This document shows positions 40,202-53,222 of a stretch of DNA of 64,000 nt, piece after piece. The stretch comes from the human T2T-CHM13v2.0 reference genome, Homo sapiens: assembly GCF_009914755.1 (NCBI RefSeq), contig NC_060925.1; one strand, 5' to 3'. The notes beneath the pieces were generated by a model. It made no database searches. It was given only the letters and a program-made list of their open reading frames with translations, and was not told where the DNA came from. Position 1 is the first letter of the stretch, and each line of letters starts with the position of its first letter. The position numbers and the translations under genes are program-made.

Positions 40202-40712
40202 TGTTAAATAAAAATTAGAGAAGACCATTGTTTTGGACTAAGCTCCTGCACTAGGCCCCAACAGACCAAAAGAAAAATCAAAATGGAGTCACCCATGCTA
40301 AAATTCCACATCATAAATCTAAAAGTTGTTACTGCCCTTCCAAGAAATCAGAAGAGTTAACACCAATTTCCCAAACTGGCCAGTTTCAATCTTCAATTGG
40401 CATGATAATAAAGTTACCTGTACTTTAATCCTTACACAAAAAGGTAGCCTGAAGTAACCTTATGTTAACTAATCAGTTATCTTTCCATTGTTCTGTCTTC
40501 TTGTCTCCGCCTTATAACGAAACTTTGAAATGACCAGTCTATTTTTTGTTCTTTGTTTCTGCTTTCTTCAGTCCTTTCTCTCTCTAAAACCAGCCTCCTC
40601 TGCTGCACTTATGAGAATACATTCTATTTTATGGAAAAAAGTCTTGCCCGATTCTAGAATTGCAGTAAAGCCGATTGAGATCTTTAATTTGTTGCAATTT
40701 TGTCTTTTAACA
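40202..40712 (+). mobile_element. Solo ERV1 LTR (MER31/MER67 group)
   Basis: TG...CA termini; tgttaaataaaaatt...ccattgttttggactaagctcctgcactaggccccaacagacc...aaatggagtcacccatgcta. No clear TSD. Confidence 0.75.
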
Positions 40713-41084
40713 GGTAGATTTCTATAACTAACGACACTTGTATAAAGCCATCTCTAACAAACTCTGATGAAGAAACAAAGCAATCTCCATGTCCAAAAGA
40801 AAAGCAAAGAAAGCAGGCATGTCTGGGTAAAGTTTACCACTGAGAGCATCCTTCCAGGAAGCTCACATGAAATAACATCTAGAGTGTACCTTTCTCCAGG
40901 GAGTTTGAGCTCTAGACAGTAGTCACTTTGGCCCATTCCAGCCCCATCTGAAGAGACTAAAACTCAAGCACGGAGAGGGTGACTTGCCCAAAGTCATACG
41001 GAAAATCAGCAGCGAGGCTTTGATTAGAATCCATTGTCTTCCAAAGTGTCAGAGTCTCTAGTAAATAAAGGAGACACTGTATAA

Positions 41085-41270
41085 TAAAAAGACCACTGGA
41101 CAGGAAGTCAGGAAACCCAGGTCTTGAGGTTGGCTTTGTTACTTAATCAGCCATGTGTCCTTGGGCAGACACCTATCCTTTCAGGAACTATGCCTTCTTA
41201 CCTGTAACATGAGCAGGTTCCAGTTGAAAACAATTAAGGGCTTCTCCAGATCAAACAGCCCATGGTTCTA
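41085..41270 (+). mobile_element. MIR fragment
   Basis: cactggacaggaagtcaggaaacccagg...atgtgtccttgggcag. Confidence 0.55.
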
Positions 41271-42555
41271 AGAAGCCCACATCCTTCCCTTCCCTTTGCC
41301 TTCAGGTGGAGTGCTATAAGGCATTCTTTAAAAATATATATATTTAATCCTAACTTCTAATTGATATGGGACAGGTAGACGTTCTTGCCACCCTACCCTC
41401 CCTCCATCCATGGTTCCCCTGGGCACACCTGTTCTGTGATCTCCAAGCTATGCAAGCATAAAGGAATGTCCCATGAGCCACCCAAGCAAGTGCTGAAATG
41501 CTTCCCTTGTTGCTGCTACTGTTTAGCTAGATCCAAGTTAATCTTTTTTTTTTCTGCACAACTGGATTAACTAGGCACACATCTGTCTGTAGATAGAATG
41601 ATATTGAATACACTTTGCAGAGTAAACAGAAGCTTAATTTTTCTTAAACAGACAACAAGTGCCTGTGGATGTGTGAAGCCAACAAGAGTGATTTTCTCAG
41701 GCAGCCTGCCTCTTCCTGAAGCTGGGGCTGCCCAGGTCCTGACCAGGAGAGGAGGAAGAGCTTGGGCATAGAGAGAGAGGTCTTGCCACATTCAGCCAGA
41801 CCAAATTGCAATCCAGTGAAAGGAGAGACAGAGGGAACTAGGTTGTGCTATTAATTCAATTTTCAACTTCAGCTAATTTTATTGGCCTGACAAGGTAGAC
41901 ACATTGCCAAAATCAATACAGTAGATCTGTATGCCTAAGGCTGGTTTTGGTGCTAATGGAGGCTTTTATGCCAGACAGTCTGTCCTCTGAATGTTTCCCA
42001 ATGTCCTTCTTGGTCTCCAGCTGCCACATGTTATAGTTATGATTTTGCTATTGAAGGGCATAGGATTAAATTTTAAGTCCCCAACTGAAGTTTTGATAAG
42101 GTCTTCTCTCCTGAAAGCCCTTTTCACTATTTGGAAAAACCTTGTGAACTATTGTATTTTCATTTTATTTAGCATATAATGTACAATGATGAAAATAAAT
42201 GAATGTTTTCAAATAGGATATTGTTAAAATAGTTCACTTCCTAGGCAGGTTTTAAAAGTAAAAAAAAAAAGCCACTAAAAAAACTATCTAAAATTTTCTT
42301 AACAAAAAATCATGCTGCAATATTTACACTTCAAGTAAACATCTAGTTAAGCTATTAATACCTAGGATCTTTCCATTAATACAAAGCACTTCCAGCCTTT
42401 GGAGAAACAGGGGAATTACTGTTTTCTGGTTGGACAAGGTTTTGTTTCATAATCTTAGGGGCACAGAGATGCACCACATTGCTATCACCAAGAGCCCAGT
42501 CTGAGCTGCTAGACCAAGAAGCACGTGTAGACAGTGGATAAAATTAGATCATAGT

Positions 42556-42659
42556 TGGGTGCCTGTAACTCCAACTACTTGGGGGGCTAAGGTGGAAGGA
42601 TCACTTGAGCCCAGGAGTTGGAGACCAGCCGCCTGGGCAACATAGTGAGACACTGTCTC

Positions 42660-42692
<33 letters not shown>
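42556..42692 (+). mobile_element. FLAM-type Alu monomer with (AAT)n tail
   Basis: gcctgtaactccaactacttggg...ggatcacttgagcccaggagttggagaccagcc...gtctcaataataat. Confidence 0.85.
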
Positions 42693-42695
<3 letters not shown>

Positions 42696-42856
42696 ATCTT
42701 GAGCAAGTCATGACTGTGACTAGTAAGTGTGTGATAATGGCTAAGCTTAATGTTTAAACAAATATTGTTTTAAAGGGGTGAAAGTGGAAATATAGCATGT
42801 ATTTCAGATACACCACAGGTATGGCATAAGTATAGGCATAAGTCTACCACTTTGGG

Positions 42857-43177
42857 TTTTTTGTTTGGTTGGTTGGTTGGTTGGTCGGTTGGTTGGTTTG
42901 TGGGGGTTGGTTTGCTTATTTGTTTTTGTTTTTGACACAGGGTCACTCTCCGTGGCCCAGCTGGAGTATAGTGGTGCAATCGTAGCTCACTGTAGCCTCA
43001 AACTTCTGGGCCCAAGTGATCCTTCTACCTCAGCTTCCTGAGTAGCTGGGACCACAGATATATGCCACCATGCTCAGCTAGGTTTTTTTTACTTTTTGTA
43101 GAGACAAGGTCTTGCTATGTTGCCCCCGCTGCTCTCAAACTCCTGGGCTCAAGCAATCCTCCCACCTCAGCCTCCCA
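42857..43177 (-). mobile_element. 5'-truncated AluJ with (GGTT)n tail
   Basis: gacacagggtcactct...tagctcactgtagcctcaaac...ctcctgggctcaagcaatcctcccacctcagcctccca. Confidence 0.9.
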
Positions 43178-44139
43178 GCCTACCATTTTGGAGCACAGAA
43201 CCTGTGGATAAAGTATCATCCACACCTAATGGCAGCATGCACTAATAATAGAGTTATTTTTCTGTGAGATTCCTGTAGTAAATGACTGACTGAATGCATT
43301 TGTACCTACAAAATCTACAATATTTACGCTATCTGGAACATACTAGATTCACAGCTAGTAATTCTCATTTTACAAAAACTGAGATCCGGATATTTTTGTT
43401 TTCATGTTTTGCTTAAGCTCAAAATGTAACAGCGAAGGCTATACTAGAATTCAGGTCTCTTGATTCTCAGAACAGTTCATGTTCCATCATGCCAGGACCC
43501 ACTGCACACTTAGATTCTGTACTTTGCCACCATCACATTTATATAAAACTTAAAACGCAAGTCTATAAAGAGGCCAATGTCTATCAACAATAAATCAACC
43601 TGTAAATCTTACCTATTTTTCAATTTCTCCCCAGCAATTTACTTCTTCATTCAAATAGTCTTTCTAAGGAACAGTGGTGGTTTTTTTTTCTTTTTTTTTT
43701 TTTTTGGTTAAAGATATTCTGCAATTTAACTTAAAGGCCAAGGAGGAACCAACGCCTTCTTTATCTTGTAGGTTTAACAAGCATTCCCAGAGGAAAGTCA
43801 TTGTTATTACTAACAAACACAACATCAGCTTTTTGAGACAGAAGATATTTATATATCTATCCAATATCAGATAAGATTTTAATATAGTTCACTTCCTAGG
43901 CAGGTTTTAGAATTAAAATGTCACTCTAAAAACCACCTAAAATTTCTTTATCAAAAAGTCTTGCAATAATGTTTTAGATAGACATAGATGTAGATATTTT
44001 CCTTCTTGCCTTACAAAGATTGGAGTCATTCTTCAAAAGTTATACTTTTCAAAGTGACTCTGCATAGCTGGTGAAAATGGAATAGGAGAACAGACTTGCT
44101 GGAGAGTAAATGACACAAACAATCAAGCTCTGGGCTTTT

Positions 44140-45284
44140 TACTCTTTTTTTTTAACTGCCTTTTTTAAAACTTGACATAGTTATTTTGAGATCCATCCAT
44201 GTTGTTGCATATATCATGGATATTTTCTTTTAAACTCACTTTTTTTCTTTTTTTTTTTTTTTTTTCTGCAGCCAGGTTGAGAGCAACCAGCCAAGGTCTA
44301 CACTCAGGAGTGCTGGGGAATTTCAGATGCTCCTCAGCATCTCATTCACAAAGGCTCTGAGCAGCTCTGAGACAGGGCTCCTCTAAAGGACATTTTCCCT
44401 TCCAGTCAAAGGTTTTGCAGAAATAACAAGTTCCCCGAGTCAACATTTTAAATACGTCTGTACACTTTAGGTGTTTTTATGTTTGGAGTCTTTGCTAGTT
44501 TCAACAGTGTCCACATTAAGGAACTGGGATGAAATCGAGGAAGATAAATCAGCTGGGATCTCCATTTCCTAAAACATCGGGAGCTGTTAGCCAGAAGAAC
44601 AGCACATCATACTTTGATCAGGAAATTAAAATATTCTCCTAAGAAAATCCAAATGTAAAACATGTTCCAAATTGAATTCCAGTTGCAGAAATATTTTTGG
44701 CAAGTAAACAGCAGGGGGCTGAGAGCCTGGTCTGTGCCAGCCTTGCTGACTCCACCAACCGGGGTGGAAATATCTGACCTATGGGTAAGCAAAAGCCCAT
44801 GCAAGGAAGGGAAATGTTTGCTGGCTGGGCCCTCCAGCCTGCTCCCTAGACTCCAAGGCATAGAGTATTGCGACACTGAAAGGTGAATGTTGGAGACAGG
44901 CAGCTGGGGGAGAGGGAAAAGAGGTATTAGATGCTAAGGCCATATACAAGCTACTTCCTAGGCCCAGTGAATCTGAAGCGGGTACAGTGGGAGAATAAGC
45001 CTGGGCCAGCCAAAGCTGTGCTAAGGGCCACTCCGATCCGGCCTTTGGAGGAGCTCTGTCTTAGAGCTGCTCAGAGCCTTTGTGAATGAGATGCTGAGGA
45101 GCATCTGGAATTCCCCAGCACCCCTGAGTGTGGACCTTGGCTGGTTGCTCTCAACCTGGCTACAGTAAAAAAAGGAAAAAAAAATGATTTTAAAAGAAAA
45201 TACCCATGATATATGCAACAACACAGATGGATCTCAAAAATAATTATGTCAAGTAAAAAAAAAGGCAGATTTTTTTAATGAGTA
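44140..45284. repeat. Inverted duplication: arms 44140-44389 and 45042-45284, 652-bp spacer
   Basis: Hand reverse-complement alignment; unique core of ~124 bp with 7 mismatches. Confidence 0.95.
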
Positions 45285-45553
45285 CATACTCATGATTACA
45301 TTAAGGTAAAACTCGAGAAAATGCAAATTAACCTATAGTGTCAGAGAGCAGATCACTGGTTGCTGGGGGGTGTGAGGTCAGAGGAAAGGATTACAAAGGG
45401 ACACAAAACTTTGGAAAGTTTTGGGTGTGATGGATATGTTTACTATCTTGATTATGGTAATGCTTTCATGGGGGTTATATATATCAAACTTACCAAACTG
45501 TATACTTTAAATATGTGCAATTTCTTGTATGTCAATTATACCATAATGAAAAA
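45185..45553 (+). mobile_element. L1ME/MC-type 3'UTR fragment
   Basis: gatatatgcaacaacacagatggatctcaaaaa...gtgatggatatgtttactatcttgatt...tatactttaaatatgtgcaattt. Confidence 0.75.
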
Positions 45554-45574
45554 GATCCCTATATAAACCTCACT

Positions 45575-45815
45575 CCCAGAGATTCTGATTCAGTTGGTCC
45601 AGGGTGGGATCTTGGCATGAAAATATTTAAAAATCTCCTGAAATCACAGCCCAGGTGCCAAGGGATGTGCCTGTAGTCTCAGCTACTTGGGAGGCTGATG
45701 TGGAAGGATCACTTGAGCCCAGGAGTTCAAGACTAGCCTGGACAACACAGTGAGATCCCATTGCTATGAAAAAAAAAATTCACCAAATAATTAAGAATGT
45801 GCAGCCAGGGTTAAG
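45575..45815. mobile_element. MER5-like hAT remnant interrupted by a plus-strand FLAM Alu monomer (~45649-45778)
   Basis: cccagagattctgattcagttggtccagggtggg...[FLAM]...aatgtgcagccagggttaag. Confidence 0.7.
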
Positions 45816-46494
45816 GTATAGAATCTTGCACGCCACAGTAATGACTTTGTTAATGATCTGCAATAAGATTGAAAGCCAGTTAACATTGCAAGAAATTCAA
45901 ATCAAAACTTCCCTGCCAGCCCCAGTGCCTTTTGAGAATATGGGCCCCTTATAGGCAAGCAGTTACAAATGAAACTTTTATGAACTCTGATCAAGAGTCT
46001 GCAGGACCATTTCTACAATGAAGTATATCATACAGTTCCGAAATAAGTGGAAGTTTACGTTATTCCACACGTTTCAATTATCTTATTATGTTTATTGGTG
46101 GCATTTGTGGTGGGTGGTTTCTTTTATGTTCTGGGGAAACCTATCACATTTGGACATGGGTCTGTAGGTTTACTGCCAGGTAGGAAACTGGCTTTCGGTT
46201 GTCAACCCAATCAAGATTACTACTTTGCCCACTGTCTTTAGGTTTAAGAAGCTCACAGATTGTGTGTGTACCAACATCTACCACCCTCACATTCTCCTCA
46301 GACTTCTTCATGGACTCCTCAGTCAATTTACTTTCCTCTACAGATCATAACCCTCAGTTCCAGGAACAACTTGAATTACAAGATTCATTCTTTATGCAAG
46401 CAATAAGTGGCTTCTAATCCTAATATACATCCATTAGGAATGAGGCAGCAGACCAGTTTTCAGAACTGTTTTGTGCCAGAATGGTTGTTCATTC

Positions 46495-46670
46495 ATGTGG
46501 TGGCCTGGGCTTTGGAGTCCAGTGGATCCAAATTAAAATCCCAGCTCTTCTACTGAATAGTTCTGCAACTTTTTGCAAATTACTGAACCTCTCTGAGCTT
46601 CAGTTTCTTAATTTATAACATGGAAATACAGCTCCCTTACAGAATTGCAGTAAGAGTTAAATGAGACATC
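46495..46670 (+). mobile_element. MIR
   Basis: gggctttggagtc...aatcccagctct...aaattactgaacctctctgagcttcagtttc. Confidence 0.7.
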
Positions 46671-46701
46671 CCTTCATTTATTTGTTTTCAAATATGCATA
46701 G

Positions 46702-47285
46702 TGAGAAAAAGAAAGCAGCCCCTGACATCTGGGAGCTGCCCTGATACCACTGCTAGGCCCTAGTGTTGCTACTAGCTGGCCCAGCACTCATAGAGAGGTT
46801 TTGGTGTTCTGTTAAACAGAAACAACTTCGCACAACAGAGGAAACTCTGTGACCATAATGGAGCAAGACAAAAACAAGAACACTCCTCTGATCTTACATA
46901 AACAGACAAAAATGTGAACATTATTCAAATCTCAGAAATGCCTAAACATTCCCCTAGTCTGATAATATGAGTGACTGCTACTTCTTTGGCAATCATAGCT
47001 TTAGCCTAATTCTAGTCTTCACTCCTTATAGTCTTCACTCCTCATACTCAATTATTCCTACTTTCTGATAGCATCCAATCCAGAGCAGAGCCTGCTTCTT
47101 TAAACCCTTCTCAAAATAACCTAACACAAGCCCAATCCTTTACTAAGTCCTTCTGGCCCCTTTTTACTGAGATACCCCATGGTTGTCCACGGTGTGCATT
47201 CTGCCTCGTTGCAATGAGTAATAGGGCCAAGATGCTCAATGATAGGTGTGCTCCTGGTTATCTTTAACTGGAGGGTCAAGTGACA
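46702..47285 (+). mobile_element. Solo ERV LTR (MER90-like; family uncertain)
   Basis: TG...CA termini (tgagaaaaagaaagcagcccctgacatc...ggagggtcaagtgaca). 4-bp TSD atag/ataa. Confidence 0.7.
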
Positions 47286-48340
47286 ATAATGTCTGTCCTT
47301 TGCCAAGAAAGATGCTGAATTCTGGGCTTATGACTCCAAACAAATCATCTTTGCCCTGCCCTCAGGAAGCTCACAGTCTAATGGAGGAGACCTTGGAGCA
47401 GCAAGCAGAATGACCTCAAGAGTCATGACGAGTCAGACAAAACCCAACAGAGTATCACGTGTAATAGCCCTAAGACGTGTATGATCCTAAGAATATAAAA
47501 GAATAGGAAACCCCATCAAGGTCAAATGTATTTATTATTAACAAGAAGATAATGTATATAAATCTTACGATTCCATCAAGTTTAAGTTAGCGTTACTTGT
47601 AAATATACTGACAAATCTTAAGGGACAAGGAAATACAAAATCCAGTGAAGTGATCAATAAGAATGGGAACTACAGGCTTCCTCTGAGTAAACAAAGAATC
47701 AGATGGAATGACAAAGGCTGTGGGAGACCAGCCTCTTTAGTGTGAAAACCTATGACTCTATAAGCATTAAATAAGGCTAAGTCCCATCATGGTCACCAAG
47801 AAGACCATCTTCTGGGCAAAACTAACTTCATTTACCTGTGATGACAAATGCCTTCCCTTAGGTAGGTTATGTGTTTCCTAACACCAGGAAGATTGAGAAT
47901 TAAGTATGGAAAGATTTGAGAGACCCAAACCATAGTATTGATAATTTTGTATTAAAGAATAAAATTGTGTATAGTTGCTATTTTGTGTATTTGCAATTTT
48001 TAATAGAATCAGACCTATTAGAATGATAGCCTTGTAAGGCCCATTTAAAATACAATTGAGTAATTGATGTGAAATTTTATGGTTTTGAGTTCTTAAGTTT
48101 ACTGGAACATACAAGAGAACCTTAGGATCCTATATTTATACATTTAAGAGCTTAAATGTATATAAGTATTAAAGTCCTCCAAAAAGTTTAGTTTGTTAAT
48201 ACAGACAAATGCATATAGGAAAAGAAAGAGATGGCGATTATAACTAATAATCATAGCTTAAACTATTTGAAAGTAATTAACTTTATTCATAGGCCCTTTA
48301 GAAGTGATTGCTAAACTCTGCTAGACTAAAAAATAAAATA

Positions 48341-48405
48341 GTAACAAACCTGTACATGTACCCCTGAACTTAAAATAAAAGTTGGGAAAAATATAAAATA
48401 AAATA
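48341..48405 (+). mobile_element. Extremely 5'-truncated L1PA 3' end
   Basis: gtaacaaacctgtacatgtacccctgaacttaaaataaaagtt, flanked by aaaataaaata on both sides. Confidence 0.75.
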
Positions 48406-50149
48406 ATTACACATATAAGTTGAACCCAAATAAACTATGTTTTTAATCCTAACTTTAATAATCAGAATATTAATTTTTAATTCAGAAGTAAACCTTTAAA
48501 TGCTGTTTCCAACAAACCTCCAAAAGCCAGTTTCAGTGACATCCAGAAACTCCTATCAAAATAAGCAATTGCCATAGTGTGTGATAAGTGCTGTAATGAG
48601 GGAAAGATAAAATACTATATAGGAAGAAGTGGGAGAGATGGAATTTCAGAGTGTCTAAGAGGGACCTTAAGGAGGAGGACTGGGAAGGCCAAGAAAAAGG
48701 TGTGAAGATTAAGGGAGGGAGGGAACAGCCAAAAGGAGTTCATTCCTTTACAAATTCTGAGTATGCACCAGGCACAAAACCAGGGGTTGGGGCTCCTTCC
48801 TGCTTGGAGCTCAAGGCCAGGAGGTAAGAGGGAGCTTGGCATCTTGAAGGAAGAGAAAGAACTTCAGTCTGAGTGCAGCCCACCCTGAGAGGGTCAGAGG
48901 AAGAGCCCACTCACTCCCCCTGGGTGGGTGAGCCTCCAGGCGCTGGTGGATGTAGGTCAACTACTAAGATGGTGCAGAAACCAGAAGGCCCTCCAACAAC
49001 TGCTCCTCCTCCTTCAGGAAGTTCTTTGCTTAATTTATTTTTGCTTTGGGGGTCAGAAGCCTATTTGTAAAGCATTTAAACTTTGCTGGGACTCAGCTAC
49101 TCAAACTATCAGCCCTTCAGTCCAGCATCCCTGAAGCCTAAACAGGCAAGAAGCTCATCTTTGGCTTCAGCCTGAGGTCATGGGCTGCAGGAACCGGTGG
49201 GATCTGTTTATCAAGACCACTGAAGACCTGCGGGAGGAAGGATCTTATCTCAGTGTTGCCATGGGGACTGCTGGCTGGATTGACTGAATGCTCTGCAGAA
49301 AATGACTCTTTTTTAGAAGAGAAAATAGTTGCTATTTTCCAAAGGCTAAATGTGGAGTGAGGTGGCAGTGAGGGGGAAAACAGAAGGCCTGTGAGGGTAA
49401 GAAGTGGGGACCAAGGCCAACTCTGGCTAAAGAAGAATGGGGACAGGCTGCTCCAGGACTCAAGAGCTTGAGATTCATGCTAACCCACTCCAAGAGTTCA
49501 GGCCTCCACCAGAGGACATGGCTCTATTCATACAAGAATTTTATACAGAAAATAGTAGATCTGAGATTTACAAAACTCATTTTCAATTTCATAGGCTACA
49601 GCCTTCAGATAACTCCAAGTCACATCACATGTCTAATAGTTGTCTCAGAAAGAAGTACCCAAAAGGCATTTCCTCCAAAGGTCCTTCAGAAACTGTGAAA
49701 TGGGCTCTATTTGAAGAAAACCATTTCCATCAATGTGCGCAGAGCCTCAGTATGAGTGTGCAGCACAGCTGAGCCTGTCATCCCTCGGAACACAGTCTGG
49801 GATTGCCTGGTGGCTGTCTGGCTATAAGGACTTTGGACATTATCCCCAACTCCCCATGGAAGAATTTTCCCTGTGTTTCCCACCAACAATACTGAGCCAA
49901 ACTGCTTTTGATGTCCCCGGAGTTATCTGATCACCTAGATGACACTGAACAGAGCGAGATGACTAGGAGACAGCAGCTCAGCCCTGACATCTGCTCAAGG
50001 CCAGCAGCAAAAGTTCCAGGAGTTATATGAGCCACTAGGTCCATCCAATCTACCATCTGTCACTGGCTTACCTTGCCACCTTGGGTCACTGACTTCCCCA
50101 CTCTGTGCCATCTGTGAAATGTGCATAATAGCACACCAAGTCCTTCTGT

Positions 50150-50283
50150 ACCTCCTCCTTCTTCTCCTGTTCTCTCTCCCTCCCTGCTTCCCTCTCTCCC
50201 TTCCTCCTCCCTCCCTCTCTCCCTTTCTTTCTCTCTCTCTACCTCTCTTCCTATCCCCCTCTCTCTCCTTCTCTCTCTTTCCT
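50150..50283. repeat. CT-rich low-complexity tract inside a MIR remnant
   Basis: Near-pure pyrimidine run. Confidence 0.8.
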
Positions 50284-51309
50284 ATAGAAGAGAGATGATG
50301 TGTTTGTAAAGTGCTTTGAGCTCCTTGGAGATAGAGAGTCTATAAATATAAGCTGTTATCACTGTTACCATGGAAACACACACAGACAACTGTGCTCTGT
50401 TTCTGCATTTGCTGAGCATAATTCTGGCCTTCTTGCCCTGCTGGCTGTTAAACAATCAATGGTTTTACAAAGCTCAACAGCCAGGTAATAGGTGGAGCCT
50501 CAAGGCTGAACTTATTTGCTATTCAACTCTTCTTCATGTGAATTTTCAAAAACTGTGTTTCTGTTTGCTAAGGTAGAGGATCGTATAAGATTGGCCAGAG
50601 CCAGCTGTTAAACCAGGGATGCAAATAATGACAGGCATAGGTATGCCACCCAACCCAGGACCCTGATCTGTAACAAGGGAGAATTCCAATGAGCTGCAAA
50701 AATAATATTCTACCCATTTCCTAAATTTACTCCAACTCCTAACTCCTCAACTTTACAACCAGAGCTGGCAAAATGTTGGAATAAAGAGAGTTATGAGTTT
50801 GCACCCTTCTGCCAATTTGTGACCGTCTGAAAAGCAGGGGCTATATCTTTTTCATTATTGTCTCCACAGGGCCTAGCACAGTGCCTGCACATAGCAGATG
50901 CTGCGCAGAGGCCTGTGGAAAAAAAAAATGAATAAGCGAGTTATAAATGGCTGTTGTTTTCTATTACACAGGTAAAAGTGTTGTTGAGTGAGGTATGCCG
51001 TCAAATGTTGGCTTGGGCCTCGGGATCTCAGAGGACATCAGTTTTGGCATGGCCAATCTGCTTCCTTCACCCTACCATCATAGTGAGAACAACGATATCA
51101 CTTCACTTCTAGTTTAATGGGTGGTCCTGGGAAAGTTGCTCTGTATCTGAAAGCCCCATATAGAATGACGTAACCTAGTTGTTAACCAGACAACTGAAAG
51201 ATCCAGTGCAAAAAGTGAAAGTGTGAAAACCATAGGAAAAGTCCTTTTTCCCCTCAGGCAATGCTGTGATCTCAGGGGTAAGTTTTCCAGGCCTCAGTTA
51301 GGAATGCAG

Positions 51310-51520
51310 TGAAATGGGAATGGGCTTTGGACTCAGACACATCAGAACTCAGTGTGTGAGCTCTGCCACTTACTGACCTTCCTGAGCCTCCCTTCTCCCA
51401 TTTGTAAAATCAGAATAATAGCACTCTCTCACAGGTTTGAGGTGGCAGTTAAACAAAATTAGTATATAAACCCATAGCTCAGTGGCTGGCACCAGTCAAT
51501 GATTTATGCATGATCATTCC
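51310..51520 (+). mobile_element. MIR
   Basis: gggctttggactcagac...ctctgccacttact...catttgtaaaatcagaataatagc. Confidence 0.65.
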
Positions 51521-51709
51521 ATTCCATTAGTTTGCCAGTATGTATGAATATCCATTTATTTTGAATACTTCACTTACTAGTTTATTCTAAAGGCCTGGCA
51601 GATGTTTCAGGTCCCACTAAGATGAGTGTATGTGATGTCTCTGCCTTTGGAAAGCCGGATTGGAGGATGTGAAAGGGAGAGAGAAAATGCTCAAACACAG
51701 ACAGGGAGT

Positions 51710-51887
51710 CGGGACCTGCTACATAATTTGCAGAGTCCAGTGCAAAATGAAAATGCAGGGCACTTGCCAGAAAATTTATTAAGAATTTCAAAAAGGTGAC
51801 AACTGAGCATTAATCCAAGCAGGGGGTTCCACTAAGCTAAGGACGCCATGTAACTGCATAGATTGCACACCGATGAAGTCAGCCCTA
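51710..51887 (-). mobile_element. MER45A (hAT-Tip100 non-autonomous element)
   Basis: gggacctgctacataatttgcagagtccagtgcaaaatgaaaatgc...tattaagaatttca...gatgaagtcagccct, ~178 bp. Confidence 0.8.
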
Positions 51888-52379
51888 AAGCCAGGGCAGA
51901 GGTAAACTGGTTTCCAGGCTTGGTACAGACGATATACTGATGAAGTAAGTACAGTGAGTGATGCAGTTTCATGGTGTTACCCAAATGCTGTTTTTGTCAT
52001 CAGGTAGCTCTAATATGATCACAGAGGACAGAGGTATTTTTTCTACAAAATACTTGAATACATGGAATTCATATTCTAAGCTAAACCTAACTGATAGTAA
52101 AGGTCATTTCAGGAGGAAAACACTTACAAAAACAAGCAAACTCCTATAGGAGTGGTTATGATTGCATAAAACACATAATAATTGTGTTCAGAGATTCAAA
52201 TTGTTCCTGTATCATTGTTCATAGACGATATGGGGGAGAGGTCAAATTACAAAGCGTACAAAGCATTTATCTACTTACACAATTGCTATTTATTAAACCC
52301 CCTACTGTATACAAGGTATGGTGCCAGGTCATGTGAGGGAAACAGAAAAAGATATCATCAGCCATAATATGATCTCTCA

Positions 52380-52769
<390 letters not shown>

Positions 52770-52810
52770 TTATAACTGATTGCATAAATAAGCATACAAA
52801 TAATTATTAT

Positions 52811-53222
52811 TTATATTATTTTATAATAATATATTAATATAAATATATATTTATATTATTTTATAATAATATATTAATATAAATATATATTTATATTATT
52901 TTATAATAATATATTAATATAAGTATATATTTATATTATTTTATAATAATATATTAATATAAGTATATATTTATATTATTTTATAATAATATATTAATAT
53001 AAGTATATATTTATATTATTTTATAATAATATATTAATATAAGTATATATTTATATTATTTTATAATAATATATTAATATAAGTATATATTTATATTATT
53101 TTATAATAATATATTAATATAAATATATATTTATATTATTTTATAATAATATATTAATATAAATATATATTTATATTATTTTATAATAATATATTAATAT
53201 AAATATATATTTATATTATTTT
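52811..53222. repeat. AT-only minisatellite, 40-bp unit, 10 full copies plus a partial copy
   Basis: Unit ttatattattttataataatatattaatataa(a/g)tatatat; variant order A,A,G,G,G,G,G,A,A,A. Confidence 0.97.

Larger units (their letters stand above)
42212..43967. repeat. Dispersed direct duplication of ~100 bp (copies ~42212-42322 and ~43870-43967)
   Basis: Identical 26-mer atagttcacttcctaggcaggtttta at 42229-42254 and 43884-43909, with continuing diverged similarity. Confidence 0.85.

Noticed and set aside
44140-45284. MITE or DNA transposon with long terminal inverted repeats
   Set aside because: No TSD at the outer ends, and the right arm continues into an L1ME fragment, which points to local duplication.
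52811-53222. CRISPR-like array
   Set aside because: Units are directly tandem with no unique spacers, the sequence is AT-only, and the context is primate. It is a minisatellite.
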